A DNA stretch of 64,000 nt from an uncultured Gemmatimonadaceae bacterium (GTDB lineage Bacteria > Gemmatimonadota > Gemmatimonadetes > Gemmatimonadales > Gemmatimonadaceae). Under the pieces are notes generated by a model. It was given only the letters and a program-made list of their open reading frames with translations, was not told where the DNA came from and did not search any database. A program made the position numbers and the translations under genes. The stretch lies in assembly GCA_963829055.1 (NCBI GenBank), contig CAWHHI010000004.1, positions 32,001 through 96,000 on the forward strand, written 5' to 3'. Position 1 is the first letter of the stretch. Each line of letters opens with the position of its first letter. Shown here one piece after another: positions 11,493 to 21,566 of this stretch.

Positions 11493-12082
11493 CTAACGCG
11501 CCGCCTCGGCCCCATCCCAGAGCGGGCGCAGCTGGAACGCGAACATTCTGAAACATTGGCGCGAGTTGGGCGGGCTCTCGAGCCAATACGCAGAACTCGG
11601 TCGCGGGTCCGAGTGTCATCTTCCGCATCCAGAGCGAGCCGTCAACGGGGCCGAGCGCTGGCTCGATGGCCGCCGAACACCTGCGCGTAGGAGAGGCCTG
11701 CCGGTTTGGAGAACCACTGCGCCGACCGCGGCGCGGTGGGAGCGCTCCCGAGCTTCAGGTGATAGAGGCCAGCAGTTCCCGCGGCGGCGAGGGATGCGGC
11801 CGCATCATGTGGCGCCTTGCGCCCCGCGGTGACGGCTGCCTCCTCGAGCGGATCGAGCGACGCCGCATCGCGCACCAGGTACCAGTCCTCGTACGCCTCG
11901 CCGCCCTGGTTCGCCCAGGGTGCTCCCATCACTGCATGCGAGAACGAGCGGACGAACCCCGCGCTCGGCGACGCCGTGAGCACGCGCTGGAAGGCCTGCT
12001 GTGCGGACTCGTACGCGCCCCGTTCGGCGGAGGCCTGCCGCCAGTGCCAGAACACGTAGGCGAGGAGACTGTCGCGAGTCAT
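11493..12082 (-). CDS. Hypothetical protein, apparent frameshifts near 11670 and 11530
   Basis: LLAYVFWHW, YEDWYLV, PHDAAA; appears to continue as LWMRKMTLGPATEFC and finally PLWDGAEAAR* in other frames. Confidence 0.6.
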
Positions 12083-12134
12083 GTCGGGTGGTCACCATGT
12101 GAATGGGGACCGAGAAACATGACCGGTCGCTCGG

Positions 12135-12833
12135 CTATTTCGCCAGCACGAACTCCAGCGGCGCTCCCAGCGGCGCGATCTTCACCAGGCGATGCGGCGT
12201 GTCCGTCGTCACGAACATGGAGACTGGCGCCTGTCCACCCGACAGCTCGATGCGGTACACGTCGAACGTGCCGGCGGGGACGGTCACCTTCTCCGTGCTC
12301 TTCACGGTGAGCGTGAGGGACTGCACGTGGCCTTTGCCCGAGAGAAACACAGGGACCACGAACGACGCGGTGGGCGACCAGTCGAAGGCTGGGAGCAGCG
12401 CGGTGATGAGGTTGTCGTCGATGGCCCCGGCGGCGATCGTGGTGTCGATGGCGGTCGTCACGACGCTCGTCATCGACGGCGTCGTCGCGACACCCTTCGC
12501 GCGGCCGTCATGGTAGGCGATGTCGATCAGCGTATTCTGCCCGCGTACCTGGCCGGTCTGCTTGGTCGAGTGCAGCGTTCCGTCCGCACCGAATTCGACC
12601 TCGGTGTGCTGATTCATGATCGGGCCGATCTGGACGTCATCCACGACGCGGAAGCCTGTCTCGGTGCGTTCGACGGTCGTGCGCTGAAACCCCAGCGGGT
12701 TGCCCTGGACCATGACGACGAAGCTGTCCGTCCGAGCCACGAGCGCCGCGTAGTTGATGCCGCTCGATGATTGCGCGGCCAACGGGGCGGATGCGGCAAG
12801 GAGAAAGACGGCTGCGGCGGCGAGAGGCTTCAT
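12135..12833 (-). CDS. Secreted DUF3108-like protein
   Basis: Signal peptide MKPLAAAAVFLLAASAPLAAQ; C-terminal EKVTVPAGTFDVYRI motif. Confidence 0.75.
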   Translation of the reverse strand: MKPLAAAAVFLLAASAPLAAQSSSGINYAALVARTDSFVVMVQGNPLGFQRTTVERTETGFRVVDDVQIGPIMNQHTEVEFGADGTLHSTKQTGQVRGQNTLIDIAYHDGRAKGVATTPSMTSVVTTAIDTTIAAGAIDDNLITALLPAFDWSPTASFVVPVFLSGKGHVQSLTLTVKSTEKVTVPAGTFDVYRIELSGGQAPVSMFVTTDTPHRLVKIAPLGAPLEFVLAK

Positions 12834-12976
12834 CGGCGAAGAGCGTGGCGGGAGACGACCGCGAACATTTCGTGAGTATACCCGGATGATCGACGCCTGT
12901 GCGCGAGGACCGGCAACGGATGCACCGTTTCGGGCGGCGGATTCAAACGCGCAAGACGCCAGCGGCGTCGTAAGGC

Positions 12977-13130
12977 TGTCATTCCGAGCGGGGTTGTCAT
13001 TCCGAGCGGAGGCCGCAGGCCGCAGTCGAGGAATCGCGAGCGTCCCGGCAGAGAGCCCTCGATGGCGGACAGTCTCGATTCCTCGACTCGCCGCCGCTCG
13101 CTCGGAATGACTTCCCCGCTCGGAATGACA
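12977..13130. repeat. REP-like palindromic element, family A
   Basis: Both ends doubled (TGTCATTCCGAGCG twice; CGCTCGGAATGAC twice); inner GTCGAGGAATCG / CGATTCCTCGAC. Confidence 0.85.
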
Positions 13131-13151
13131 CGGCCCCTTCCGGATCCCTGA

Positions 13152-15021
13152 ATGACCCGACTCGCCCGTGCCGCGATCGCCGCGACCATTGTTGTCGCGA
13201 CGCCCGCCGCCGCTTTCGCTCAGAGTCCACTCCGTCATTGGACAGACGCGATCGACTCACGGTTCGCGATGAGCCAGCCGGTCATCTCCTACACGCTGCG
13301 GGTCGACTCCGCGGACGTCTCGGGCTTCAACGTGTCCATGTCCGTTCGCGGCGCGCGCGACACCGTGCTGCTAGCAATGGCGACGCACCCCGAATACGAC
13401 GACAAATACTGGCGCTTCGTTCGCGACGTTCGCGTCGAGTCGCCGGACGCGCGAGCGACCGTGGCGCGCGTTGACAGCGCGCTCTGGCGCGTGGTCGCGA
13501 CCGGCGGCGCATTCACCGTGCACTATCGGCTCGCGCTGCCCGCGGCTGCCGCCGGACAGCGCCAGGCGTGGCGGCCGTTCCTCAGCGCCGACCGGCGGGC
13601 TCGTCGGCGGTACGCACTCGTTCATGTACGTCGTAGGCCAGACGCTCGCGCCCGCGCACGTCAGACTCGACCTGCCGGCCGCGTGGTCGATCGCGACAGG
13701 GCTCGCGCCCACCGCTGACTCCGCGCACGTTCTACGCGCCGAGCGCGCTCGTGCTCCTGGAGTCACCGATGCTCGTCGGTCGGCTGCGCGACTGGCGCTT
13801 CGAAGTCGACGAATGTCCCGCATCGCGTGGTCTACTGGCCGCGGCCGGATGCGTCCGCGTTCGACTCGGTTGCGCTCGTCGGCGGCATCGAGCGCCTCGC
13901 GCGTCAGGCAATCACCTTGTTCGGACGCGCGCCATACCGTGATTACGTGTTCCAGCTTCAGGACGGTGCGTTCGGCGCGCTGGAGCATCCGAACTCTGTC
14001 ACGTTAGGCGCGTCGAGTGATGGGCTGGCCAGGGGACATCGGCCTGTTTCTCGAGGAAGCGGCGCACGAATACTTCCATGCGTGGAACCTCATGCGCATC
14101 CGGCCGCGCGAATACGCGGACCTGACGTATCGGGAAGCCGACGCCCTCGCGGCGGCCTCTGGTTCAGTGAAGGGCTGTCGATGTTCTACTCGGACCTGCT
14201 GCTCCGACGCGCGGGTCTGCCCGTGTCCGAGCCGACGCGCACGGCGCACCTCGAACAGCTGATCGCGCGCTACCTCTCGAGTCCGGGCAATGGACTGCCT
14301 CTCCGCCGAACGCGTGAGCGAAGCCGAATACGGCGGCCTCCCCGACGCGCTCGGCGATTATTCGGCGAGCCCGCACACGCAGGGCGAATTGATCGGCGCG
14401 ATGCTCGATCTGCGAGATCCGCCACGCGACCACCGGGCGCCGATCGATGGACGACGTCATGCGTCTCATGCTCGAGCGTCATAGCGGAACGCGAGGGTTT
14501 ACTGGCCGGGACATCGAGCGCGCGGTCGCTGAGGTCTGTCACTGCAACGTCACGCCGATGTTCGACGCGCATGTCCGGAGCGGCCATCCGATCGCGTTCG
14601 ATGACTACCTGCGGCTCATGGGGCTGCGCGCCGAGGTGACCTGGCGTCCGGCGTTAGGCGCCGACGGCCGTCCGGAGGCGGATCTCCGCGCCTACGCGTA
14701 CGACTCTGGTGACGGCCCTCGGATCGGGTGTCACGGATCCGAAGAGCGCATGGGGCCGGGCAGGATTGCATTCCGGGGATCGCATCCACGCGGTGAACGG
14801 CGCAGCCGATGCCGACCGCGGAGATCGCCCGCCGAACCTTTCGCGCGTTGCGCTCGGGTGACACGGTGCGAGTCGACGTCGAGCAGCGTGGCGGATCGCG
14901 GCGCACAGCGACGGTCGTGATGACGCCGTTCGATCATTCCAGTTGTTCGACTCGTGATCTTCCAACCGTCACGGCGGCGCAGCGGGCGCTGCGCGCGCGG
15001 TGGGAATCAGGTCAGCCGTAA
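13152..15021 (+). CDS. M61-family glycyl aminopeptidase with C-terminal PDZ-like domain, many frameshifts
   Basis: GALEHPNS, AAHEYFHAWN (HExxH), LWFSEG, MDDVMR, spread over at least seven ORF fragments. Confidence 0.8.
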
Positions 15022-15032
15022 CGCCAACTACC

Positions 15033-16251
15033 CTAACGCCAGCCGCGCGCAGCGGATGCCGCACCCATGCGCTCGACCGCTGCCTCGAGCACGGGCGGCT
15101 CCGCGACGAGCGACACGCGATAGTAGCCAGCGCCGCCCGGTCCGAACGCACTGCCTGGCGTGACGACGACCTGCGCGTCCTCGAGCATCGCGCGCACGAA
15201 CGCCCAGTCGTCGACGCCGTTAGGCACGCGGTGCCAGAGGTACATGGCGCCGCGTGCCGGTTCCACCGTTTGTCCGAGTCGACGCATGGCGCCGGTGATC
15301 GCGTCACGGCGGGCGCGGTAGCCGTCGGCCACAGGTGCGGACAGCTCCGCGTAATGATCGAAGGCGTGGATCGCGCCGTACTGCACGAGCGTCGGCGCAC
15401 CGTAGCCCACGTTCGTGCGGTAGGCGGCCAGCGCGTCGACGAGCGCAGCGCCACCGACGGCGAATCCCACGCGAAGCCCCGCCATGTTGAACGACTTCGA
15501 ACACGAGTGGAACTCGATCGTCACGTCCTTCGCGCCAGCGATCTCCAGCGCACTCGGCGCAACGAATCCGTCGTACGTGAGCTGACTGTACGCGAGGTCA
15601 CTGATGAGGATCAGGCCGTGGCGCTGCGCGAACGCCACCGCCCGCTCGAAGTACTCGCGTTCGGCAACCGCGCCCGTTGGGTTGTTCGGGTAGTTGACGA
15701 TGAGAATCCGCGCGCGGCGGAGGACATCGCGAGGCACGGCGTCGAAGTCGGCGATGAACCCCGTGTTCGCACGCATGGGGATCAGGTGGACTGAGGCGCC
15801 GGTGAGCTGCGTCGCGCGCGCGTAGACCGGGTAGAAGATCTCCGGCACGAGCACGACGTCGCCGGTCCCGACGATCGCGGTGATGAGCTGCGCGATCCCT
15901 TCCTTCGCTCCCGCCAGCGCGAGCACTTCCGACGACGGGTCGACGTCCACACCGAAACCGCCGCTGCATGAACCGGCTTGCAGACTCCAGGTATGCTGGG
16001 ACGCCGCGGAACGGCGGGTAGCCGTGGGTAGACGGATCGCTCGCCGCGCGCTGCAGTGCCTCGACGATCGGAGCTGGCGTGGGACGATCGGGGCTGCCGA
16101 TGCCGAGGTCCGTGAACTGGAGCCCGCGCCGCCGGGCGTCCGACTTGATGCGATCGAGCTCGGCGAAGACATACGGTGGCAGCGACCCGAGTGCGTCGCA
16201 GAGCCGGGCAACGTCGTGCGAGGGCGTGATGGTGGCGCGTACTGAGGTCAC
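15033..16251 (-). CDS. Class I/II PLP aminotransferase (LL-diaminopimelate aminotransferase-like), frameshift near 15958
   Basis: LPPYVFAEL, DLGIGSPD, GAKEGIA, NYPNNPTG, DLAY, SCSKSFNMAGLRVG, TPGSAFG. Confidence 0.88.
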
Positions 16252-16289
16252 GGTCCTACCTGCTCGTGTTCGGTGAAGATCGGCGAGTT

Positions 16290-16373
16290 GGGGTCAGACT
16301 CGAGTCTGATCCGACTCGATCGTATCCTTGCTACGTCATTGGAGTCAGACTCGAGTCGACTCCAATGACGTAG
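16290..16373. repeat. Two related short palindromes (GGGTCAGACTCGAGTCTGATCC; CTACGTCATTGGAGTC..GACTCCAATGACGTAG)
   Basis: Both contain GTCAGACTCGAGTC; the second has 16-bp perfect arms. Confidence 0.7.
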
Positions 16374-16579
16374 ATGCAAAGAAATGCCTGGTCATCCCGA
16401 TTGGGAAGTCGGCAGCGGCTCGGCCCGGCCGGTCGCAATAAGGCCACCGGTCTCGACTACCGCGAAACCGTCGGCGCAACGAAGCGAGGGTCGTTCGTCG
16501 TGTGATAGGCGTTGCCTGCGCCGACGATCATTCGTCACCGGTACACCTCCTACCGCACGCCGTGTCGAGGTCTTACCGA

Positions 16580-17404
16580 ATGGCATCTCGCTCCGCTCCG
16601 TCCTGCACGCACGAGCTCCGCCCCGGCATCGCGGTGTGCCTCCGGTGCCAGCACGCCGAGCGCGCCGCGCAACTCTCCAAGCAGCGCCAGATGATCGTGC
16701 GGGGAACCGGGGTCGCGCTCGGCGTCGCCGTGATCGCCGCCTTGGGTATCGCGGCCACCAGCGCGCTTCGGTCGCGGTCGGTGGTGGGAAAGGGAGCCGA
16801 GTTACCGTCATCGGGTGAGAGCACTGCTGGGATCGTATTGGCTACTTCAGCAACCGAACCACTGGCCGCGGACTCGGAAGCGCCGGTCCCCACGACTCGA
16901 TCCGCGGTCAACGACTCGATCGCTCGGCTCGGCGCCGCGAACGCGATCGTGCCGGTCGCTACACCGGTCGCGTCAACCGTGGCATCACCGCCAGCAACGC
17001 CTCCAGCGATGAAGCCGACGGCCGCGATCTCAGCAACCCGCGCCGTCGCGCCGCTGGTGCCGGTAGGTCGCACGTCCCTGCGCGACACGATGGTGGTGGA
17101 CCGTGCGGGTGACACGGTTCGCGTGAGCTTCGATCTCGCGCTCTCGCGCACGCGCCGCTCCGACAAGTTCGAGGCGATCGTCCGTTCGACGCTGCCGCAG
17201 GTCTACGGCGCGCCCGCGGATTCGGCGCTCCGCGCGCTACCAGCGGGTGCGGTTGCCCGCGCCGGCGACCTCGTGACGACGCTGTCGGAGCGCGGCTTTC
17301 GAATTCCGCTCGCGGACGGCGGCACGATCGCGGTGTGGCCCGAAACGCGAGCGGGCCGAGATGGCCCGTTGGTGGTGGCGTATCGCGCGGTGGGGATGAG
17401 GTAG
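16580..17404 (+). CDS. Hypothetical single-pass membrane protein with N-terminal C-x-H...C-x-x-C motif
   Basis: CTHELRPGIAVCLRC, one TM helix, Ala/Pro/Thr linker, globular C-terminus; GAGG upstream. Confidence 0.7.
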   Translation: MASRSAPSCTHELRPGIAVCLRCQHAERAAQLSKQRQMIVRGTGVALGVAVIAALGIAATSALRSRSVVGKGAELPSSGESTAGIVLATSATEPLAADSEAPVPTTRSAVNDSIARLGAANAIVPVATPVASTVASPPATPPAMKPTAAISATRAVAPLVPVGRTSLRDTMVVDRAGDTVRVSFDLALSRTRRSDKFEAIVRSTLPQVYGAPADSALRALPAGAVARAGDLVTTLSERGFRIPLADGGTIAVWPETRAGRDGPLVVAYRAVGMR

Positions 17405-17442
17405 CTCTGGGAAAGCCATCGGCCGCAGGTATCTGGAAGCAC

Positions 17443-17528
17443 AACCCTCGGGACGTTCTCTTGGCGAGAGAAGCATCCCGAGGGTTCTCGGTTTCTGGGC
17501 TGATGGCTGATGGCCGATGGCTGATGGC
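17443..17528. repeat. Hairpin family F plus GCTGATG heptamer repeats between convergent genes
   Basis: AACCCTCGGGACGTTCTCTTGGCGAGAGAAGCATCCCGAGGGTT, similar to the hairpin near 37977-38021; followed by about four (GCTGATG/GCCGATG) units. Confidence 0.7.
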
Positions 17529-18148
17529 TATGGTTGTTCAGACACGTGCCGTATGATCAGTGTCTTCGTCTCGCCCTCCGCGAGATCGATCACCGCACTC
17601 GCCACGCCGCCTTGCGTCATCGTGCGATACGAATCGCGCGGTGTCTGCCACGTGATCGTCGTCCGAACGATGTAGCGGCCCGCCGGCAGCCCCTCGAATT
17701 TGAATTTTCCGGATTCGTCGGCGATCGCTTTCTTTCGCGCGGCGCGGAACGTCGCGTCTTTCGGCGCGTTCCCGAAACGGCGGAGGGACGTCCCCTCCTT
17801 CATATACCACTCCATCGCGTACGGCGTCGCCGGATCGAGCGTCACGTCGTTGCCTGACGCGGTGCGCGCGTTGTCCGAGATCGTGGTGAGGTACCCCTTC
17901 GTATCGAGCAGTACGTCGCCACCGCGCACGATGACGAATGCCTGCCCGTCGATGACGCCCGTGCCCGGTTTGCTGTACGGGTAGTAGTCCGCGGCGATTG
18001 CGCTCGCATTCGGGTTGGCGGCGGTGTTCTTCGCGGCGTCGGCGGTCGGTGTGGTTGCCGGCGCGGGCGCGCCGTTAGTGGAGGTCGTGCTCCCCGATGA
18101 CCGGCAGCCGAATGCGAGCACAGCGGCGGCAAATACCAACGTCCTCAT
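17528..18148 (-). CDS. Lipoprotein with carboxypeptidase-regulatory-like (Ig-like) domain
   Basis: Lipobox LAFGC; GTGVIDGQAF, VTLDPATPY, ADESGKFKFEGLPAGRY. Confidence 0.8.
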   Translation of the reverse strand: MRTLVFAAAVLAFGCRSSGSTTSTNGAPAPATTPTADAAKNTAANPNASAIAADYYPYSKPGTGVIDGQAFVIVRGGDVLLDTKGYLTTISDNARTASGNDVTLDPATPYAMEWYMKEGTSLRRFGNAPKDATFRAARKKAIADESGKFKFEGLPAGRYIVRTTITWQTPRDSYRTMTQGGVASAVIDLAEGETKTLIIRHVSEQP

Positions 18149-18276
18149 GGATTTCCTCGAGCAGGGTCGTCGCCGCGAACCTTGGCTCCAGGACCGTTGG
18201 TCGGCAAGAGGGGACGCGGATCGACACGCGCCAGTCGCGACCCACCCCTCTCGAGTTCGTCGCGTGCTCGTCGCGC

Positions 18277-19404
18277 CTAACGTCGGCGCCGTGTTCCAGG
18301 ACGTGTCTCCGCGCGTTTGTGAGAGCGTGTCTGGATACGTGTCTGATGACTCGACCGCCCGCGCAGCAGTTCCAGCACCGCGATCTCATCGCGTCGAAGG
18401 CCACCAAGCCGCGAACCGTCACGCGGCAGACTGTGCTCGTCGCCAGTCGCCGGCGGCAACACGAAGCCGTCGAGATATGCCTCGATGATGGCCGGATGCA
18501 CGTAGTACTTCCGACACACCGCCCGTGTGTTGCCGAGTCGCTTGGCGACTTGATCGATGGCGCGGACGATGTTCGCGTTGCCTTCCTTCTCGGTCGAGAA
18601 GGGTCCGATGTCGCGCAACGCCGACGCGGCGAGCATCGTCCCGGCGAACGTGCGAAAGTCCTTCGCCGTGATCTGTCGTCCGGCGACCTCGCGCAGGTAC
18701 TGATTGATGTCGCCGGCATCGACGCTCTGCCGATCGCCGTCGTCATCGAGATACTGAAACAGCTCCTGGCCCGGCAGCTCCTGGCAGTGCTGCACGATGC
18801 GGGCGATGCGTCGGTCCGTGATCGCTACCGCGTGAGGCACGCCGCTCTTGCCGCGAAATTCGAAGCGCAGCTTGGCGCCGGACACCTCGACGTGTCGTCG
18901 TCTGAGCGTCGTGAGGCCGAACGACCCGTTGTCGCGTGCGTATTCATCGCTGCCGACGCGGATCAGCGTCTTCTCGAGCAACCACACGACCGTCGCCAGG
19001 ACTTTGTGCCGCGACAGCGTCGGCGTGGAGATGTCCTGCTCGACGCGATGCCGGATGGCTGGGAGGACTTCGCTGAACTCGAGCAGGCGGCTGAACTTCG
19101 TGTCGTCGCGAACTTCGCGGTATCGCGTGTGGTAGCGGTACTGCTTGCGACCCCGCGCATCGCGCGCGGTGACCTGCAGATGGCCAGTGGACGACGGGCA
19201 GATCCACACGTCGGTCCATCGCGGCGGAATCACGAGCTTGCGGATGCGCTCCAGCTCAGCGGCGTCGCGAACCTGGGCGCCGTCCGGTCGCGTGTACGCG
19301 AACCCGCGCCCGCGCCGCCGACGTCGGATGCCGGGACTCGAGTCGGTCACGTACCGCAGACCGGCGGCTTGCGCCGCTTCAACGTGTTCGTCCGCGAGAG
19401 ACAT
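18277..19404 (-). CDS. DNA topoisomerase IB (bacterial, poxvirus-like)
   Basis: IPPRWTDVWI, DARGRKQYRYH, IRVG, FRGKSG, KDFRT, LGNTRAVCRKYYVHP (catalytic Tyr). Confidence 0.93.
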   Translation of the reverse strand: MSLADEHVEAAQAAGLRYVTDSSPGIRRRRRGRGFAYTRPDGAQVRDAAELERIRKLVIPPRWTDVWICPSSTGHLQVTARDARGRKQYRYHTRYREVRDDTKFSRLLEFSEVLPAIRHRVEQDISTPTLSRHKVLATVVWLLEKTLIRVGSDEYARDNGSFGLTTLRRRHVEVSGAKLRFEFRGKSGVPHAVAITDRRIARIVQHCQELPGQELFQYLDDDGDRQSVDAGDINQYLREVAGRQITAKDFRTFAGTMLAASALRDIGPFSTEKEGNANIVRAIDQVAKRLGNTRAVCRKYYVHPAIIEAYLDGFVLPPATGDEHSLPRDGSRLGGLRRDEIAVLELLRGRSSHQTRIQTRSHKRAETRPGTRRRR

Positions 19405-19661
19405 CGTCGTTCGGCAGCCCCTCCCGTCGCACCGCAGGTGATCGTCGCAGCGGGAACATCTTCTCAGAACTGTGTCGCGACACGCGTCACCACGGATCAC
19501 GACGGGTTCCGAGTAATGAGACGGCTCACTCGCAAGGACGCCACGGGCCGAACGAGAGTCGCGTTAGGAGAGCGACGCACGTCGCGAAGGAAGTGGACTG
19601 CGCATCACGGCCGAGGCCTGAGGAAGGAGGTTCGAGGAAGGAGGCCTGTAGGAAGGAGGAA

Positions 19662-19786
19662 TGTCATCCCGAGCGCAGCGATTGTCATCCCGAGCGACAG
19701 CGAGGGATCTCCTCGTAACGTCATCGTAGGCAGTCTGGCCTACGATGACGTTCACAGGAGATCCCTCGCTGGCGCTCGGGATGACA
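19662..19786. repeat. REP-like nested palindrome, family B
   Basis: TGTCATCCCGAGCG (doubled)..AGCGAGGGATCTCC..ACGTCATCGTAGGC / GCCTACGATGACGT..GGAGATCCCTCGCTGGCGCTCGGGATGACA; flanked by GGAAGGAGG and CCTCC tracts. Confidence 0.9.
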
Positions 19787-19882
19787 CGCTGTTCCCGCCC
19801 TCCGCCCTCCGAAGACCTCCGTCCTACGGCTCCTCCTAAGGCCGTCCGTCGGCCTCCTTCCTCACGCCTAACGCCCGGTTCC

Positions 19883-20494
19883 CTATCGCCTAACGCGTCT
19901 CGCCAGCGCGGTCTCGATATCCGCCACCTCGACCCCGATCCGGAGCTCGCCGCCGACGAGCTTCACGAGGTACTTGGCTTCGAATGAGCTCAGCCGCGCC
20001 AGCATTTCACGCAGTAGCACGCGCCGCCTGTCCTCGTCAGCGGCGTCCGCGAGCTGATCCGCCCACGTCGCGATGTCGACCACCGCGATCCCGCTCGGCA
20101 ATCGACCCGCGAATGCCTCGGCCGCGACATCGCCCAGGTCGCCGTGTCGCTCGTAGCGAGCCCGGAACTCTGTGGCGCTGATCCGCGAGAGGTCCTGAAT
20201 CGTGTCGACCACCAGCGACCACCCGACGCCAATCGTCCGTGTGTCGCCTGGCGGATAGATCTGGCCCGCGAAGAACCGCGCCGCTGGCGCGATCGTCTGC
20301 TCTGCCACCGCCCCGAAGTACGCCTCGAGCAGCGAGATCTTCTCGATCTGACCGGTCGAATGAGAGATGGCGTCCACCGTTCCACACCAGTGGAACAGCG
20401 AATCGCGCGGGCGAACCGCACCGTCTTCGGCGGTGGCGGATTCGGCGCCATTGGCGCCAGGAACGACCTGTTGGGCCAGCGGTCTCGTGCTCAT
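19883..20494 (-). CDS. Stand-alone N-terminal DNA-binding domain of an ATP-dependent DNA ligase (no catalytic domain)
   Basis: KISLLEAYF, AARFFAG, IGVGW, HGDLGDVA, LSSFEAKYLVKLVGGELRIGV, then stop; no KxDG adenylation motif downstream. Confidence 0.75.
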   Translation of the reverse strand: MSTRPLAQQVVPGANGAESATAEDGAVRPRDSLFHWCGTVDAISHSTGQIEKISLLEAYFGAVAEQTIAPAARFFAGQIYPPGDTRTIGVGWSLVVDTIQDLSRISATEFRARYERHGDLGDVAAEAFAGRLPSGIAVVDIATWADQLADAADEDRRRVLLREMLARLSSFEAKYLVKLVGGELRIGVEVADIETALARRVRR

Positions 20495-20841
20495 GGCTGA
20501 GCTGAAAGCAGACCACGTGCCGAGCCGTTCAGCCGACACCATGCACGCCGATCCCGCTCGCGAAAACCCGACGTTGGCATGTGCTAACGAGCCCGTTGTG
20601 CGTTGCGGGGGATGGCGTTACGTTGTCGCCAACGTCGCACGTACCCTCGGGTACGCACATGTTCCGAACACCCAGGGGCCTGGTCTTCCAGTGCCCTTTT
20701 TTCCGCGCCGTGAGTGAACGTGAGTGACCCTCCGCCACTCGGAACAGAGCCCGTCGTGAGGGCTGAGATCACGAGACAATCTGTGATCGGTACGTACGCT
20801 TGTCGCGCGCCCCGAACACAGCCACACTCAGGGAGCACGAG

Positions 20842-21054
20842 ATGCGTACGAGCGGAACCGTGAAGTGGTTCAACGACAGCAAGGGCTTCGGCTTCATCAC
20901 GCGTGACGACGGGCAGAAGGACTGCTTCGTCCACCACTCGGCGATCGAAGGAAAGGGCTTCAAGTCGCTCGCCGAAGGTGAGCGAGTCGAGTTCGACGTG
21001 GTGCAGGGCGCCAAGGGTCCTGCCGCCGAGAACGTGACGAAGGTCGGCCAGTAA
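20842..21054 (+). CDS. Cold-shock protein (CspA family)
   Basis: [15 protein letters not shown] (RNP1), FVHHSAI (RNP2), [16 protein letters not shown]. Confidence 0.97.
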   Translation: MRTSGTVKWFNDSKGFGFITRDDGQKDCFVHHSAIEGKGFKSLAEGERVEFDVVQGAKGPAAENVTKVGQ

Positions 21055-21078
21055 CGCGGGTCGAGGAACCACGGGTTC

Positions 21079-21121
21079 ACGACGTAGCCGGGCCGAGTAC
21101 TCGGCCCGGCTACGTCGTTTT
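21079..21121 (+). terminator. Intrinsic terminator after the cold-shock gene
   Basis: Perfect 40-bp palindrome ACGACGTAGCCGGGCCGAGT|ACTCGGCCCGGCTACGTCGT followed by a short T run. Confidence 0.7.
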
Positions 21122-21232
21122 ACGGTGCGAGCGCGGCGGGCGTCATCCCCGCGACCAACGACCCGCCGCAGGATAGTACACGATGCAGTACACCATCCAC
21201 CCACAGCACCCACACCACAGGAGGGACGACCT

Positions 21233-21424
21233 TTGATCGAGATTCAGCTCAGCGATGATGATCGCCTCGACTGGGCGCTCAAGAGCTTCAAGAAGAAGGT
21301 GCAGAAGGCGGGCATCCTCGCCGACCTGCGTCGGAAGCGCCACTTCACGAAGCCGAGCGAGGCCCGTCAGTTGAAGGCGGCAGCCGCTCGGCGTCGCCGC
21401 CGCACGGCGGCCCGCCGCAGCTAG
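21233..21424 (+). CDS. rpsU: 30S ribosomal protein S21
   Basis: TTG start after AGGAGG; LDWALKSFKKKVQKAGILADLRRKRHFTKPSE...AAARRR. Confidence 0.92.
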   Translation: MIEIQLSDDDRLDWALKSFKKKVQKAGILADLRRKRHFTKPSEARQLKAAAARRRRRTAARRS

Positions 21425-21505
21425 CGCGTTCTATAGCCGCTCGGCCTTTCGACGGGCGCGCCGGCTGGCCGCCAGCCGAGGACGCGACCGACGGCGGCTC
21501 GTCGG

Positions 21506-21548
21506 AAAAGAAAGCGGGGCCGGGTCAGTATCGACCCGGCCCCGCTTT
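21506..21548. terminator. Bidirectional intrinsic terminator between rpsU and the susD-like gene
   Basis: AAAAG-AAAGCGGGGCCGGGTC loop GACCCGGCCCCGCTTT. Confidence 0.8.
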
Positions 21549-21566
21549 GTCTCTCGCCAGGATTCG

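Noticed and set aside
12834..13238. Long N-terminal extensions in the ORF track (12135-13238, 31224-32528, 32599-33855, 55514-56380)
   Set aside because: They run through REP elements or neighbouring genes; downstream starts with an RBS or signal peptide are more plausible.
18277..19404. TopIB as an integrase or prophage marker
   Set aside because: Motifs fit TopIB; no att sites, phage genes or compositional shift nearby.
18097..19839. 580-aa plus-strand ORF and other long antisense ORFs (452-1801, 32548-33591, 58444-59619, 61304-62605)
   Set aside because: Shadow ORFs opposite clearly recognisable genes; expected in high-GC DNA.
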